In this document: positions 37,286-49,401 of the stretch, one piece after another
Layout: each line of letters starts with the position of its first letter
Position numbering within the stretch: position 1 is the stretch's first letter
Assembly (NCBI GenBank): GCA_036867785.1
Contig: CP145413.1
Location: forward strand, 558,001-622,000
Direction of reading: 5' to 3'
Length of the DNA stretch: 64,000 nt
Source of the DNA: Plasmodiophora brassicae
Taxonomy: Eukaryota
Made by a program: the position numbers and the translations under genes
The notes under the pieces: model-generated
The model's database searches: none
The model's input: the letters and a program-made list of their open reading frames with translations, nothing else
What the model was told of the DNA's origin: nothing

Positions 37286-37354
37286 TTAGAAGCGCGCGCA
37301 TCAAAGCTTTGCCCTCGGTGCGGATTTTTGCGCCAGGCGTCTGGTCATTTGCCG

Positions 37355-39444
37355 ATGGCGAAGAAGAAGGACTCCGGGATCGGCGTCTTCCCCGTCGACC
37401 AGCAGGGGTCGGCGCGGCAGTCGTCCCCCGGCGATGGGAACGCGTCCAGGAACGGGTCGCCGGCGGACGGCGGTTCGGCCCGGGCGCGACATCAGAAACG
37501 TGGCGGCCGGGGCGATGGCAATGCGTCTGCGTCGCCGCCCGATGGTGGCTCGGCGAAAGCAAAGCACCACAAGCGCGGCAGGACGGGCCGGAAATCGGGC
37601 GTGCCAAATTACGTTATCGCCATCGTGGTTGCCATCGTCGCGATGGCACTGCTCAAGTACGCAGGCGAGCAAGACCGCTCCTGGGGGAGCCTGCACTCCC
37701 AAGGTACGTTCGTTGGTGATCGCAAATGCCAAATTGTGCCGTTCGTGACGACCAATGCAGAAACGTCGTCAACATCACATTATGAGGCGCTGGGCGTACA
37801 GCGCACAGCGACTGTGAAAGAGATCCGGTCAGCGTATAAGGTTCTGGCGAAGAAGTATCACCCGGATAACGTCAAGACCGGCTGCGCCGACTGCAAGGAC
37901 AAGTTCGAGGCAATCACGGCCGCCTACCAAGGTAACCACCCCGTCGGTCCGGTATCGCGGGCGGCCCTCACCCGCGTTCGGCACAGTTCTGTCCGACCCG
38001 CTGTCGAGGGAGGCGTACGATTCGGTCGATGCCGACCTGAAGCTGATCCAGTCCGAGTCGCTGCAGATTGACCTGTCGAACTACGCCTCTGTGCTGGCTG
38101 CAAACCAGCCCGTTGTCCTCGTGCAGGTCTACAACGACTGGGATCACGAGAGCATCGCGTTTTCGCAACTCTGGGAGCGAGCAGGTTCGTTGCACAGTTT
38201 GTATCGTTGATGACACGTCGTGATTCTGTGGCTGTGCAGTCGAAAAGCTCGGTTCGTATATTCTGTTTGGACGCGTCCACGAACAGAAGGATGCGCGCGT
38301 CGTCTCCACAATTATTCCGGTCCGGATTCGGCTTCTACCTGCACTGGCGCTGTTCATCAAGGGCCAATTCCAACGACTGATCCCGATTCCGCCGACATAC
38401 GCTGAGATGAACAAGCAACTGGTTGCCGCGTATCCGGATAAGGTGACGGTCCTTTCATCGGTTGACGCCATCCGGACATTTCTGTCGGGACATGGCCATA
38501 GGCGGGTTGTTGTCTTCACTGTAAGTGCCCCGTCATTATCGCTGGTCCGCTCCTCTAATGGGGTCATCGCAGCCAAAAGGGCAGGCATCGATGCGTCTGA
38601 AGCACGCCGCATTGCTGCTCGACGGTGCTCTCGAAATCGGAGTGACTTCAGTCAAGCCTACAATTGTGCACACGGAGCTAAAGGTAGCGGGTAAACCGAC
38701 GACGACAAACCTGATCCTGTTCAATGGTTCGGGTCGCATTCAACGCTCATGTCATTGCCCGTCCTCATGGTTGGCCGTCGCGCAGGTGATCGGTCCCCTC
38801 TCTGGCAACCGATCGAGGATTCAAGTGACCTTCTGCCGCTTCTGCGCCTGCATCTTGCCCAGTCCGTCGTTAGTCTCAGCAGCGCGTGGCAGTACCACGG
38901 TGTCTGTCGCGCCCACATCGATTGCATCTTTCTTGTCAAGTGCTCTGGTGGATCCCGGGGCTCACAGATTACGGATGCGGCGTTCGCGGCGGCGTCAGAG
39001 AACCTTCGCCGTCGAAAGTTGCAAGTGGAGCAACGGCCCGCTCAGTTCATTACCGTTGATGTATCCCAGGTTCCTGCGATGAAGGCACTGTGCCAAGATG
39101 CCGAAGAGAAGACTGATCACACTGTTGTCGCCATCAGAGACCACCAGTCGATGGTTGTCGCGACTGGTGTCCACGACGAAGCTGGTCTCCGGCAGTGGCT
39201 GAAAGATGTCGAGGAACGTCGACACGAATTGGGCATTCGACCAGCACCGACCTTTTACGGGGAGCGCCCGGCCGACTGGTTGTACCGGTGGGCAATCGGG
39301 ATCGCTCTCACCGTTGTCCTATGTGCTGCCGTATATGTTGCCATCGAGACCGGATTCGTCCTCGTCTTCACTGTTGTCATCATGATCGGAACGGTCCTGT
39401 CACAGCTGGACTGGGTTCCTCAACTCCTGAATGTTTTCAAATGA
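37355..39444 (+). CDS. Membrane-anchored DnaJ + thioredoxin-like protein (DNAJC16/ERdj-like)
   Basis: TM segment, J-domain HYEALGV…IRSAYKVLAKKYHPD…LSDPLSREAYD, Trx-like PVVLVQVYNDW…FSQLWE, C-terminal TM helices. Confidence 0.8.
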
Positions 39445-39610
39445 CGACGCGTGCCGTAGCCTTCTATACCTCAATCTGCCCAGCTCATTCATGTTTCGAA
39501 CCATAAACACCTGTGTGTAGCCACGCTCGGAATGCTCCAAATGGATTACGATTGGACCGAGTCGGTCTGGTGAATTACGGCTGCGGGTTTATGTACACTT
39601 TGGACGTTCG

Positions 39611-40079
39611 TTAACGTGGAGTCCATCCTGGGTATAACGAGACAAACAGCCCAACAATGAACTTCTCGACGACCTGGACGGGGCCTGACGCGGCACCAGG
39701 AGGGCAGTTAGCAATCGTACATGGTGGCGACAGCGCAACACCTACCGGTATCAGGGCGAACACGAGCACCAGCCTCGTCGGGTACATCGGGCCGCACTGG
39801 TGCATCGTCAGCCAACGGTTCAAACCCATCATTGAGGACAGCGCGTCCAAGCGCCACTTGATACACGTATATCACAACGGCGGCGACACACAACGTCATC
39901 AGCCTGTGGATATCGTGTGTCGGACATGAGAGGACGTTCAGACACGCACGCTCGGTCGATACCTGAACATCGACCCGTCGTGCCCAATCAACAATATCAT
40001 AAATAGGAGCTTGCCCGCAAGTTGAATGTCAACCAGAGCTGCGACCCGGTGAAGAGCGCCTGGCTGCGGCCGTTCAGGT

Positions 40080-40111
<32 letters not shown>

Positions 40112-40588
40112 TTCTCCGGGACCTGTAGCAGGCTCGGCAGACCCCATGACAGGAGAGCCAAACGGGATTATGCTGGGCATAGGCGGTGTTGTTCCGGGAG
40201 GCCCCACGAAAGTGGAGATCCTCTGTACGTATCCATGTCAAGCGGCTCGAACAGCGAATGGGGACGGGCGCGACAAACCTGGTCGCGATCAAGGTCAATG
40301 AAGTCCACGAGCGAATCGCCGCCCGATAGCAACTTGCCATGGTAAACCAGCCTACTCGCATTGATGCCGTGCTCTGCATCGAGCATACGCTGTGTGCATC
40401 AAATCAGCATGGGTCCACAACGATAGCAGCAGCCGTCGCCGTACCCGCAGGTCGCCGACGGTGCGTGACGGTTCAATCGTCACCCTCAGGTCGGGATGCA
40501 GGCCGAACGCATTGACGAACACGACGTCGATCGGGTCAGCCGTCCCGCGACGCACCCACGCCGCATGCCTTCTTCCGTCATCAGCCAT
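39611..40588 (-). CDS. Ubiquitin-like domain membrane protein (HERPUD/Usa1-like)
   Basis: UBL (…TVGDLR…RLVYHGKLL), poly-Ala from a CAG tract at 40081-40108, TM hairpin, C-terminal FIVGLFVSLYPGW. Confidence 0.65.
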
Positions 40589-41140
40589 GGCCTATCTACC
40601 GTGCACTTCCGGCCAGCACGATAATATGGCCGATGACCAGCCGCTCGTTCCTCGCCGGAGCCGGAACATTCCCCGCAAAAAACAACAAACAGGTGACGTC
40701 ACTGAAATTTCGGAAGCGTCCATACGTACCTAGAGCAGCAGCCACGGTCGCTGATTCAGTGTGTCGTTGCTGTTAACAAGTCCAGTTCCCAGCCTGTGTT
40801 CTCGCAATAAGCTGCGTTACGATTTCATACAACCATATGATACACACATCATACGTGACGCGCAGGGAGAACTGGCATCTGACACGGGGCGATAAAATGC
40901 TCCAGGCAACGCACGGCGACGACACGTTCGACACACGCTGGCCGACCCTGCGTTCCAGGGATCGACCAAGCGGTGTATTATTTGGCCGGCCGCGTCGGAG
41001 CGGTCGCAGGAGCCCGCTGGAAACTGCGTCGTGGCCCGCAGCTGGCTGCAGCTGCAGGAGGACGGAGAGCGGCCCGGTACGGCCAGTCAGTTAGCTGCAC
41101 GGCCGCAGCGCCCGCGTCCCGTCGCGCCCGTCGCCCCGCA

Positions 41141-42860
41141 ATGCTGTCGCAATGGGCGCGCTCGTGGCAGACCGCGAAGCTGCCGACGCCGCGGGTCATA
41201 CTGGCGGGGCGACGGCGCCGCCCGGATCCGCCGCCCGTTGTCCTGGCCAGGCAGTCGGACGATGCCGAGTACACGTCCGACCGGCGTGGCAACCTCGTCG
41301 CCAGGCGCCCGTGGAAGCTGGCGAACCTGTTCGACAGGGGGACGGGGGTCGTTAAACATCTGCTGCCCGACATGTACCCGGCCAGCGGTACGTGGTCGAC
41401 ATGTGGGTGATTACACACGCTCAGAACGTCGTCCGCCAGTGCCGTCGAACTATATGGACTATACGAAATGGCAGGTCGTGGCGTCGACGCTGTCATCGTG
41501 CATCGGAGGTCCGGTTCCGCAATGGCAACGCTTGCTGTGTGGGCGAATCTTATACAAGGGACTGCTGCAGTCCTGTCGACGCAGGCCTTGCTGGTCGCGG
41601 TCGGGGTCGGCACGGCCGCCGTCCCAGTGTCGGCGGCGCTGAACTGGGTCATCAAGGACGGCCTGGGCCAGTTCGGCGGCGTCGTGTTCGGGTCGCTGGT
41701 CGGGAACAAGTTCGATAGCGAACCCAAACGATGGCGGGTCGTATCGTGTAATGTCGCCGTGCACGTTTGCCTCCCTTGACTGTGCTTGCTGACTCGTTTG
41801 CCGGGCCAAGCGGTTGCACTTGACGCCGCGTCGCTGATCGAAATCTTAACTGTCACGGCGCCTCACCTGTTTCTGCCGCTGGCTGCTCTGGCGAACATTG
41901 GCAAGAACGTCAGCTGGCTGGCGAACAGCGCGGCCAAAGCAGGTCGGTTGTACCGCTTGTCACGCGAAGCGTTGAGCTCGTCTCAGGCGTCCCAGGCATA
42001 CATCGCACGTTCATGGTGCGGGAGAATCTGGCCGACATTACGGCCAAGGCGAACGCGCAGCAGACCATGGCGGGCGTCCTCGGCATGCTGTGCGGTATAG
42101 CCCTGTCCAAGGCGCTAGGGACAGGCGTCGCTGAGATCCTGCCCGTCTTCGCCGTGCTTTCCTGCCTGCACATGGCCGCGGTCACTCGTTCACTGCGAAC
42201 GATCAAGGTCCCGACGTTGTCGTTGCAACGAACCGAGCGGCTGGCCTTGCAGTACATTGGGATTGCCGACCGCCCCGGCCTTCTCATGACGCCAGCGGAG
42301 CTTGCCCAGCACGAGAACTTTGTCCTTCCTTACCGGTCGCCATTGCAGGCGTCGACGACCGTCGTTGGGCCACCGCTACACCGTCTCGTCCAGTCCTTAT
42401 CGTTGATGCAAACGCTTCTGGACATGCAGGGCCCGTACCCGAAGTACGTATGCGCCGGGTCGACCGGTAGTGAATCGTACCAAGGCTGACTCCTGCCAGG
42501 TTCCTTGTCAACATCGTACAGCAATGTGGCCGGAAGCCTGCTGTCGGATTCATCATGCTGGAGGATGCCGGCCGCGTTGACGTCATCGAGGTAGGCATAT
42601 CGTTCACTGGCCTGCTGCTGCGTATATATGTGAACGTGGACGTGCTGTAGGCGTTCCTGCAAGTAACGTGGATCCGGAAGCAGATTGAGACAGGGGCTCG
42701 GCCTGATCTGGATTTAATCCGGGCCGGCGTGGTGTACGCCAGAGAGAACGCGCCTGAGTTCATTGACCGGCTGGCGCGCAGCTCCTGGAACGTCCAGAGT
42801 GTATTTATCGACACGGGTCGTAGACGGTTAACGTTGCTCCAAAGGGTGCACGCTGAGTAG
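41141..42860 (+). CDS. RUS1: RUS1/DUF647 family protein
   Basis: LPDMYPASVPSNYMDYTKWQ; VLSTQALLVAVG…ALNWVIKDGLGQFGG…KFDSEPKRWR; ENLADITAK. Confidence 0.9.
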
Positions 42861-43516
42861 GACACCCCTTATATACACGGGCCCGCATCGTTACGTGTGT
42901 CATTTCCTGTGCCATCTTGTAGCAAGCTCCTTCGGGTTTCTGGAAATCGAACGCCAAGTTCCTGCAGAACGGCGGTGTCGGCGGCAGACTATAGTTTGAT
43001 CGACCCCAGTCAGCCACAGTGAACGAATCACTTCCTGACACGCCAAATGCAGGTGCCTGAGTCCTGACTGGCACCATGCATGGCCGAGTCGCGGTTCGCA
43101 ACGCATGGCTGGACCCTTTCTTGTCGAAGCTCCCGCGTCGCGAAGGCACTACCTACAGGAGTCCATCAACCATGCTCTTTGTCTGACCTACAATACACGT
43201 CGGCATCGGTGCTGCGTACCCATCGAAACAACGAACTGGGGGAAAGCGCCTAAACAAATGCAGCAGCGGTCAGGTTTAAAGGGACTGTACATTCGCGTCG
43301 CGATCTGTGCATCACGTGTGTGCGAAGCCACCGCAGCTCGTCCTGCAGTGAGGCGCCTCTGCAAAGTTGCCAGTTAGGCGAATGAACAAACGGACGGTGA
43401 TAGACGGGCGCGTACACGTGTTGAAGGTGGCCGATCATTTCATCTTTGTGTTTAATCCCTGCCTTGGCGGTTGAAAGTAAGACGCTCAGCCCACGTATCC
43501 AGATCAATCCATCGAC

Positions 43517-43858
43517 GGCACCCTTACGTTGTTCTAACGTTACCGACCCAGCTGGCACAGCAATGATAGTGCAGACATGGGCATTCCTCAACCTTGCCAC
43601 AGGACCCCGTCCATGTGCCTGGGGTTCCAAATATCAAGAGTTGGCTGGTCACCGCGCCATGGATGCATCCATTACCGCACCTGTCCGACTGCCTTCCATC
43701 CTTTCTTCTACGCTGAGCATCCAACCGTGCCGTCAGGAGGAGAGGCTACAGTAGAGCCGCTGGATGGTCTGCGATTCTGGGCTGTTGCCGAAATGTCGCG
43801 TTGTTATTGAACTGAATTGACTTCGGTGATGTTCATGAACTCGCTGCTACTGATGTTG
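43517..43858. repeat. Copy of dispersed repeat family (matches 3097-3460)
   Basis: Shared GGCACCCTTACGTTGTTCTAACGTTACCGACC, CCATTACCGCA, TCTGCGATT..GGGCTGTTGCCGAAATGTCGCG, GTTCATGAACTCGCTG. Confidence 0.85.
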
Positions 43859-44118
43859 TACAAATCTATTGTAGTTTGGATGGGGGGTCGGACCCCGGAG
43901 GGGCTGCCTACGTATCGCTTGCGCGAATCAGACCCGACGTAGTTCAAACCCGAAGTTAGACGTTGATGTTAGGCCTGTGGAAATGGACCCGAGTCCGGCG
44001 TTTCCACGAACAATGGGTACGGCTGGAGCCATATCGTTATTAGACGGCCATCGACGGCAATTACGGAGCCATGCGCCGGTTAGGTAAACTGGCGGGAGAT
44101 GAGGAAAATTCGCACACA

Positions 44119-44323
44119 GAGCTCCTGAAACCTGGGAGCAAAGTTTAAGGTCGAGGCGGTAAACGCCGATCGGCAACGTGCAGGTACAGGCCAAGCCCAA
44201 GTGAGCTGGCGAGACATGCGGACAACCCGTATAAGAAGCTCCTGAAAACAGGGGAGCAAGGATTAAGGTCGAGGCGGTAAACGCCGACCAGCAAAGAGAA
44301 GGTACAGGCCAGGTTCAAGTGAA
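44119..44323. repeat. Imperfect ~90-bp direct duplication (period ~117 bp)
   Basis: AGCTCCTGAAA…TTAAGGTCGAGGCGGTAAACGCCGA…AGGTACAGGCCA…CAAGTGA occurs twice. Confidence 0.8.
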
Positions 44324-45650
44324 CGCGTGACCCATCGATTATTAAGCCCAGACTCAAGCTCCAAGATGGAGAACGCAGGATGCCCATCGGCAACTAACGT
44401 GGCAAACGTATCGTCCAACGTTCCAGCGCCGGTGGTCCTATGCAACGAGTTCAGTATCAGTTCCCAGACTGGATCACATTTGTTCTGAAAGTGATCCAGG
44501 CTGGCCTTGACAACGACTCCAACGTACAACGACTCCGACGTAGCGACGGCAGCAGGAACGGTATGTAGACAAAACCGGGAGTGTGATATCATTCGGCATT
44601 CTTGCGCGGGTGTGCCTATGCGACCAGTGAGAATCGACTCAGGTGGCATTGCGCGAATTGCACACGGGATATGGGCGCGCGCAGGGCCTGCCTCGACAAC
44701 GCCTCCAACGTCAGCACGGGCGTGGCCGTTACGTCGACAGGATGATCAGGTCTGGGAGAATATCGTCAGCGTATTCGGCAACAAACGACACGTACCAGAT
44801 TGGCTTGCATATCGCGAGTCCCTGTGAACGAAGCCCACTAAGTAGGCCGTCAGATCAGATCAGAACTTGGCGCCTGTACGAACCTCGATGCGGCATGCCG
44901 TCGCGTTACGCGATTACACTCCATTCGTTAACGCATTCACAGCTCTGGAGCGGCTTGTCGAGCGGACGCGGCGTCCCTGCGTCGACACCTGTGCACAGCC
45001 GACAGGAGTGAGTGCAACCGCCAATGAGCTGCGCACCTACCTGAGCCTGTCGATCTGCAGCACGATGAAGAGACGACGAAGGGAACACCGATGTGCCAAC
45101 GTGGGCACCCTGTTCACGGACGCTGCTCAACAGGTGATGACGTAAGTTGGAGCAACCTTGGAACTTGTTTCTAATTGATTTCGCTATCTTGCAGAACATA
45201 TTGTTGCACGTCGAGACATGACGCCTGTCAGACAGCGTACCTGGCATTCAACCTCAGTTCGTTGAAACCATCTCGAACAGTGCTGACAATGAATAAGCAT
45301 TTACCTGCGCCGGGCACTCTCAGCGACGCAGCATTCGCTCATCAGCGTTGATGTACACGAGACTTGTCCGCGTAGATCAGCTTGTGCTGCGAGTTGCGCC
45401 AGACGTACCGGACCTCAACGATAGTGTGGCCAACAGGAAATCATGGGTGACGTCGTTGACAGATATGAACAATGATGCACGAGCCTCCTCCATGTTTGAT
45501 CCGGTGACGAGGGCAGCATCACATGCGGGCATTCGACGGCGCCCCTAGGCGAAGCATACCCCACACGCCGAGCGGCTGCTGCCCACGTCAGATCTTAACG
45601 TACCAGTTGCGCGCGACGCCACTCTGCTTGCGGTTCGCCATCGAAGTTAC

Positions 45651-45972
45651 GGATGAATCGGATGAAGGGCAACGGGAACGATGCAGTTGTGACCTGCCGG
45701 TAAGGTACCTGAGGGATATCACACGGTCAGTGGAGGCGACGAGCGCTGCCAACGGTTGTTGCAAACGTATGTCAGGTTGAGCCGATGCATCCCTGAGGCT
45801 TCTCGGGCAAACTTACCAGTGGCGCGTGAGCGACGTCACTTTCGATTGCGGTTCATTGTGGCTCGTTCCGGAGGACTCGAAGGAAGGGGCATAGCTCGGG
45901 AAGGATGCAGATAGGCCCTGCCTGTATGGTACCTGAGGGACATCACACGGTCAGTGGAGGCGACGAGCGCTG
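45651..45972. repeat. Imperfect ~100-bp direct duplication
   Basis: GGTACCTGAGGGA[T/C]ATCACACGGTCAGTGGAGGCGACGAGCGCTG at 45704-45748 and 45928-45972, with weaker similarity upstream. Confidence 0.85.
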
Positions 45973-46268
45973 TCGATGTGATCAGCGTCGCCTGAGGCCC
46001 GGCACTGTGCCCCCCGAATCACGAGGAAGAATGTGGCAGTGCCGGCACTTGCACTTAAACAATGAAACGAAATTCATCAAACGGTGCTGTTTCTGGGGTT
46101 AACTTGTTTTTCCGGTTTTTGTGGGGTTAGGTGAGGGGCTTTCGCGAAACAGAACTAAGTGTGAAACCGATCAAATGAAACTCATCGAGAACCGACCACA
46201 AATTCAAAGTAACCCGTGAAAGACAAATCAAGCAGTGAACGGTCCAGCAATGCAAACAACGAAACAGA

Positions 46269-46970
46269 TCACCCATACAACTTTTGGATGGCGTCCTCGT
46301 AGGCGGCGAACCACTCCAGCTCCTCCCGCTCTTGGAGCTGCCGCCTCAGGAGAGCTGCATGCTCCAGGCGCGTGTGCACTTCGCGCTCGTAGATGGCGAT
46401 CCGCGCCCGGCGGCACTTTGTGCAGACGCAGCGGCGGCTTTGCTGGCGGGCCTGCTCAGCCTGTTGTTGCTGGCGGGCCTGCTCGGCCTGTTGTTGCTGG
46501 CGCGCGTGCTCAGCCTGTTGTTGCCGGCGGCGGCGGTCTTCTTTCGAAGACTTCGCGCTGGGCGCGGGTAGCCGGCGTTGTGCCGGGACGGTCACCTTTG
46601 GGACGGCCACCTTTGGGACGGCCACCTTCGGCACCGGAACCGTCGCGCGGGCCACCTTCGGCACCGGAACCTTCGAGCGGGCCACCTTGGAGAAAGCCAC
46701 CTTCGGCAACGGCACCTTCGCGACGGCCACCTTCGGGACGGCCGCCTTCGGCAAAGGATCCTTCGGGCGTGCCACCTTCGGGATCTTCGAGACGGCCACC
46801 TTCGGCATCGGCACGTTCGGAACCGGCGTTTTCGCGACGGTCACCTTGGGGACCTGCACCTTAGGGACGACCACCTTCGGCACCGGCACCTTCGTGGCGG
46901 CCACCTTCGGGACCGGCAACTTCGGGGCCCGGACGCGCGGGCGAGCGACAACGCGTTCGCAGATGGGCAT
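46269..46970 (-). CDS. Pentapeptide (PKVxV) repeat protein with Gln-rich repeats and CxCxxC
   Basis: ATG 46970; ~22 15-bp units (PKVAV/PKVPV type), 3 x 27-bp RQQQQAEQA, CVCTKC, helical C-terminus. Confidence 0.55.
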   Translation of the reverse strand: MPICERVVARPRVRAPKLPVPKVAATKVPVPKVVVPKVQVPKVTVAKTPVPNVPMPKVAVSKIPKVARPKDPLPKAAVPKVAVAKVPLPKVAFSKVARSKVPVPKVARATVPVPKVAVPKVAVPKVTVPAQRRLPAPSAKSSKEDRRRRQQQAEHARQQQQAEQARQQQQAEQARQQSRRCVCTKCRRARIAIYEREVHTRLEHAALLRRQLQEREELEWFAAYEDAIQKLYG

Positions 46971-48325
46971 TGGATGGCAGGGTGCACGTATGGTCGTCGT
47001 GTGGTATAAAGAGCCCCAACCACAACGAACGCACAGATACGAGCAAAGGCACAGGCGCCAGATTCCAGGCGTCGTCGTCCCGTTGCACGCAGGCAGTCCC
47101 AGAGGCGTCCCACACACACACACTCACAGCCGCCCTGTGGAACCTGTCGACAGTGGCGCGCTCAGTGACTGTGCGATCATATACGGAGTCACTCGTTGTA
47201 CCGACAGGTTGGCACAGGCACTGGGGGCATCTCCATGGGGAGGGGGAGATCCTCACAGGGCTGCTCCACAACGATACGTACGAATCAGGAACTATGGACG
47301 TGCGCTGTTGGAGTCCATCTGGCGCCCAAGCGTCTGCGCGTATCTGTGCCTTCGTTTGTCGTCTTCCAACACCAAACGACGACCACGACGCGCCTGTCCA
47401 GATGCTCGCCGTCCAGGCGTTATTGTTGCCCAGCACAAAGCCCAGGATGCAATGTTTGGGACCGGTCCGATGGAACAGTGCACCAGCATCGGCGCAGTGT
47501 AGACCGGGCTGTCTTTCGTGTCGAGCAGCACCCGCCTGACCGGTGTAGTGATCAACTGGGTGGCGACGGGCAATGGAACCGCGCATCTACCTACAGGCGC
47601 ATGACGTGGCTGGTTGCCAGACCCCAGCACGTCCGTGCGTGTCGGTTAGCGCCCGACAGATTGGGCCCGACACGCTGGCGTCGCGTCGGTCGCCGTTCGA
47701 CTTCGACTCAGCGCACCCAAATAAAGCCCCAAATGAAGACGACGGCGGGGCCTTGACATGGGCTGCAGGCTGCAGCCGTCAGCGGCACGCACACCGGCGC
47801 CGATACAGGTCGGCAGCGACTAGTGGTTGTCTTCCGTTTGGGAATCTCCCGTGCTCCAGCTGGTGGCCGCCCGTCCGCCCCAGCTGCAGATGCCGTTTGC
47901 CAAAACGGGCCAATCTCGCGTCATCGTTACTGGTCTTATTTGAGGCGGCAATGAAATGCCAAACCGAATCGTGTATCGGGCTTCGTCGTCAACCCTCCGG
48001 TTACGTTCATACAACACCGAATGTGCCGTATCTCATTCCGAATTGCGAAGCCAAATGGTGTTTGGCCTGTTCAGTACTCGGGAGGGGGACCACCGGGGAA
48101 CCTCATGGTGATGTAACCTTTTTTGATGTAACCCTTTTTATGCGTCGGTCATTATTGGTCGTTTTCATCCAAAATGAAATTTTCTGCGTCAGTTGACAGC
48201 CGTGGATCCAAGTATCGCGACGGCATTTTTTGGTGATGACTGGTCAGGATCGCTCCGGATCATCACCAAACTCCGTACGTCAGCCTGCGATCAGCGCGCT
48301 CAGGTTGCCAGCTGTTCGACCAGCG

Positions 48326-49399
48326 ATGGCGTCGTCTGGACCTGGGGATAGTGGATCAACCGCCAATGAGATCCTCGAAGGAGACGATCGTGTTCATGTC
48401 ACACTTGACGTGATTGTGAAACCGTATGTAAGCATACAGCCGCGGAACACGTTGTATCACGTTCTAGGCCAATTCGACGTCGAAGTGGCCACCGTTGGCG
48501 ACTTTACAGACGCCGTACTTGGTCTCGTTCAAGAAAACGTAGACGGCCTGGCTCGCAAGTCATCTGACGACGACTCGACGTATATACTTGCTAAGGAGAC
48601 CGTAACGTTAACGTCACTGGACCAGTTTGTTGCCATCAAACACAACAATCACTTCTACGCCTTCCACCGTCCACATGGCGAGGATCACCGAGATCCAATG
48701 CGTACCCCAACTGTTGTGCTAACGTTCAAATTGAAGTTAGTCACTGAATGTTGTTCTTGGCATACAGGCATAACCAAGGACACGCTTAACCGCTGGAGTA
48801 AGGACGTCCCGAGTCTATTCATTTATCAGTACGGGAAAGAGCTGCGAAACGCATCGGACTTCAAGAAGTTTCAAGCGTCTGTGTTCTCGGCTCCGCAGTT
48901 GGACCGTGCTCGCGCCGCTGCCGATGAACAAGTGAGAGCGATCGAACGCCAACTGAAGGATCACTGGGGAACGGTATATCAATCCCAGTCAGCCAACTGG
49001 CGGATTTGGGCCAGTCGCATCGCGCGCGAGCCGGTCACACGTCGAGCTGCTTTGATCGAGGATCCGCCTCCATACGAAATCGTCCACCTCTTCGAGCACT
49101 CGCCACTACAAAATGGACCGTTGCTCACGACCCTCCGGGAAGACAATTCCACAACGCTAGCGATTCTGGACACGATGGACGATCACTTGCAAGAGTTTCA
49201 GGACTTTATCCATCGCCAGATCGAGGCGTTTCGCGACAGCGTTGGGTGCCAGATGCGGCAGATGCGCGACACCGTGCGCCGACATCGACGAGTTGCTGAG
49301 GCGCTTAGGGCTAGTCTTCATCCCGAGGAACTTCCTGATAATCTGAACAGGCTGCAGAGGGCTCCCAATCAGAGTGATGTAGACCATGAGGATCAATAA
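48326..49399 (+). CDS. Uncharacterised ORF paired with the transposase
   Basis: Long open frame (possible in-frame 66-nt intron 48702-48767); DRARAAADEQVRAIERQLKDHWGTVYQSQSANWRIWASRI…PPPYEIVHLF; C-terminal coiled coil. Confidence 0.75.
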   Translation: MASSGPGDSGSTANEILEGDDRVHVTLDVIVKPYVSIQPRNTLYHVLGQFDVEVATVGDFTDAVLGLVQENVDGLARKSSDDDSTYILAKETVTLTSLDQFVAIKHNNHFYAFHRPHGEDHRDPMRTPTVVLTFKLKLVTECCSWHTGITKDTLNRWSKDVPSLFIYQYGKELRNASDFKKFQASVFSAPQLDRARAAADEQVRAIERQLKDHWGTVYQSQSANWRIWASRIAREPVTRRAALIEDPPPYEIVHLFEHSPLQNGPLLTTLREDNSTTLAILDTMDDHLQEFQDFIHRQIEAFRDSVGCQMRQMRDTVRRHRRVAEALRASLHPEELPDNLNRLQRAPNQSDVDHEDQ

Positions 49400-49401
49400 A
49401 T

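Noticed and set aside
46095-46135. GGGGTT/GGGGTTAG telomere-like motifs
   Set aside because: Only two non-tandem occurrences
46590-46925. Regular repeats resembling a CRISPR array
   Set aside because: Tandem 15-bp coding units with no unique spacers, eukaryotic context and no cas genes
46393-47502. 369-aa plus-strand ORF (GTATF repeats, ice-binding/beta-helix look)
   Set aside because: It is the antisense reading of the PKV repeat, has no ATG at its start and has a Cys/Arg-rich noisy N-terminus; the minus frame is more protein-like
48326-49399. Fanzor/TnpB nuclease next to an IS630-like transposase
   Set aside because: No RuvC D/E/D motifs or CxxC zinc finger visible in the ORF
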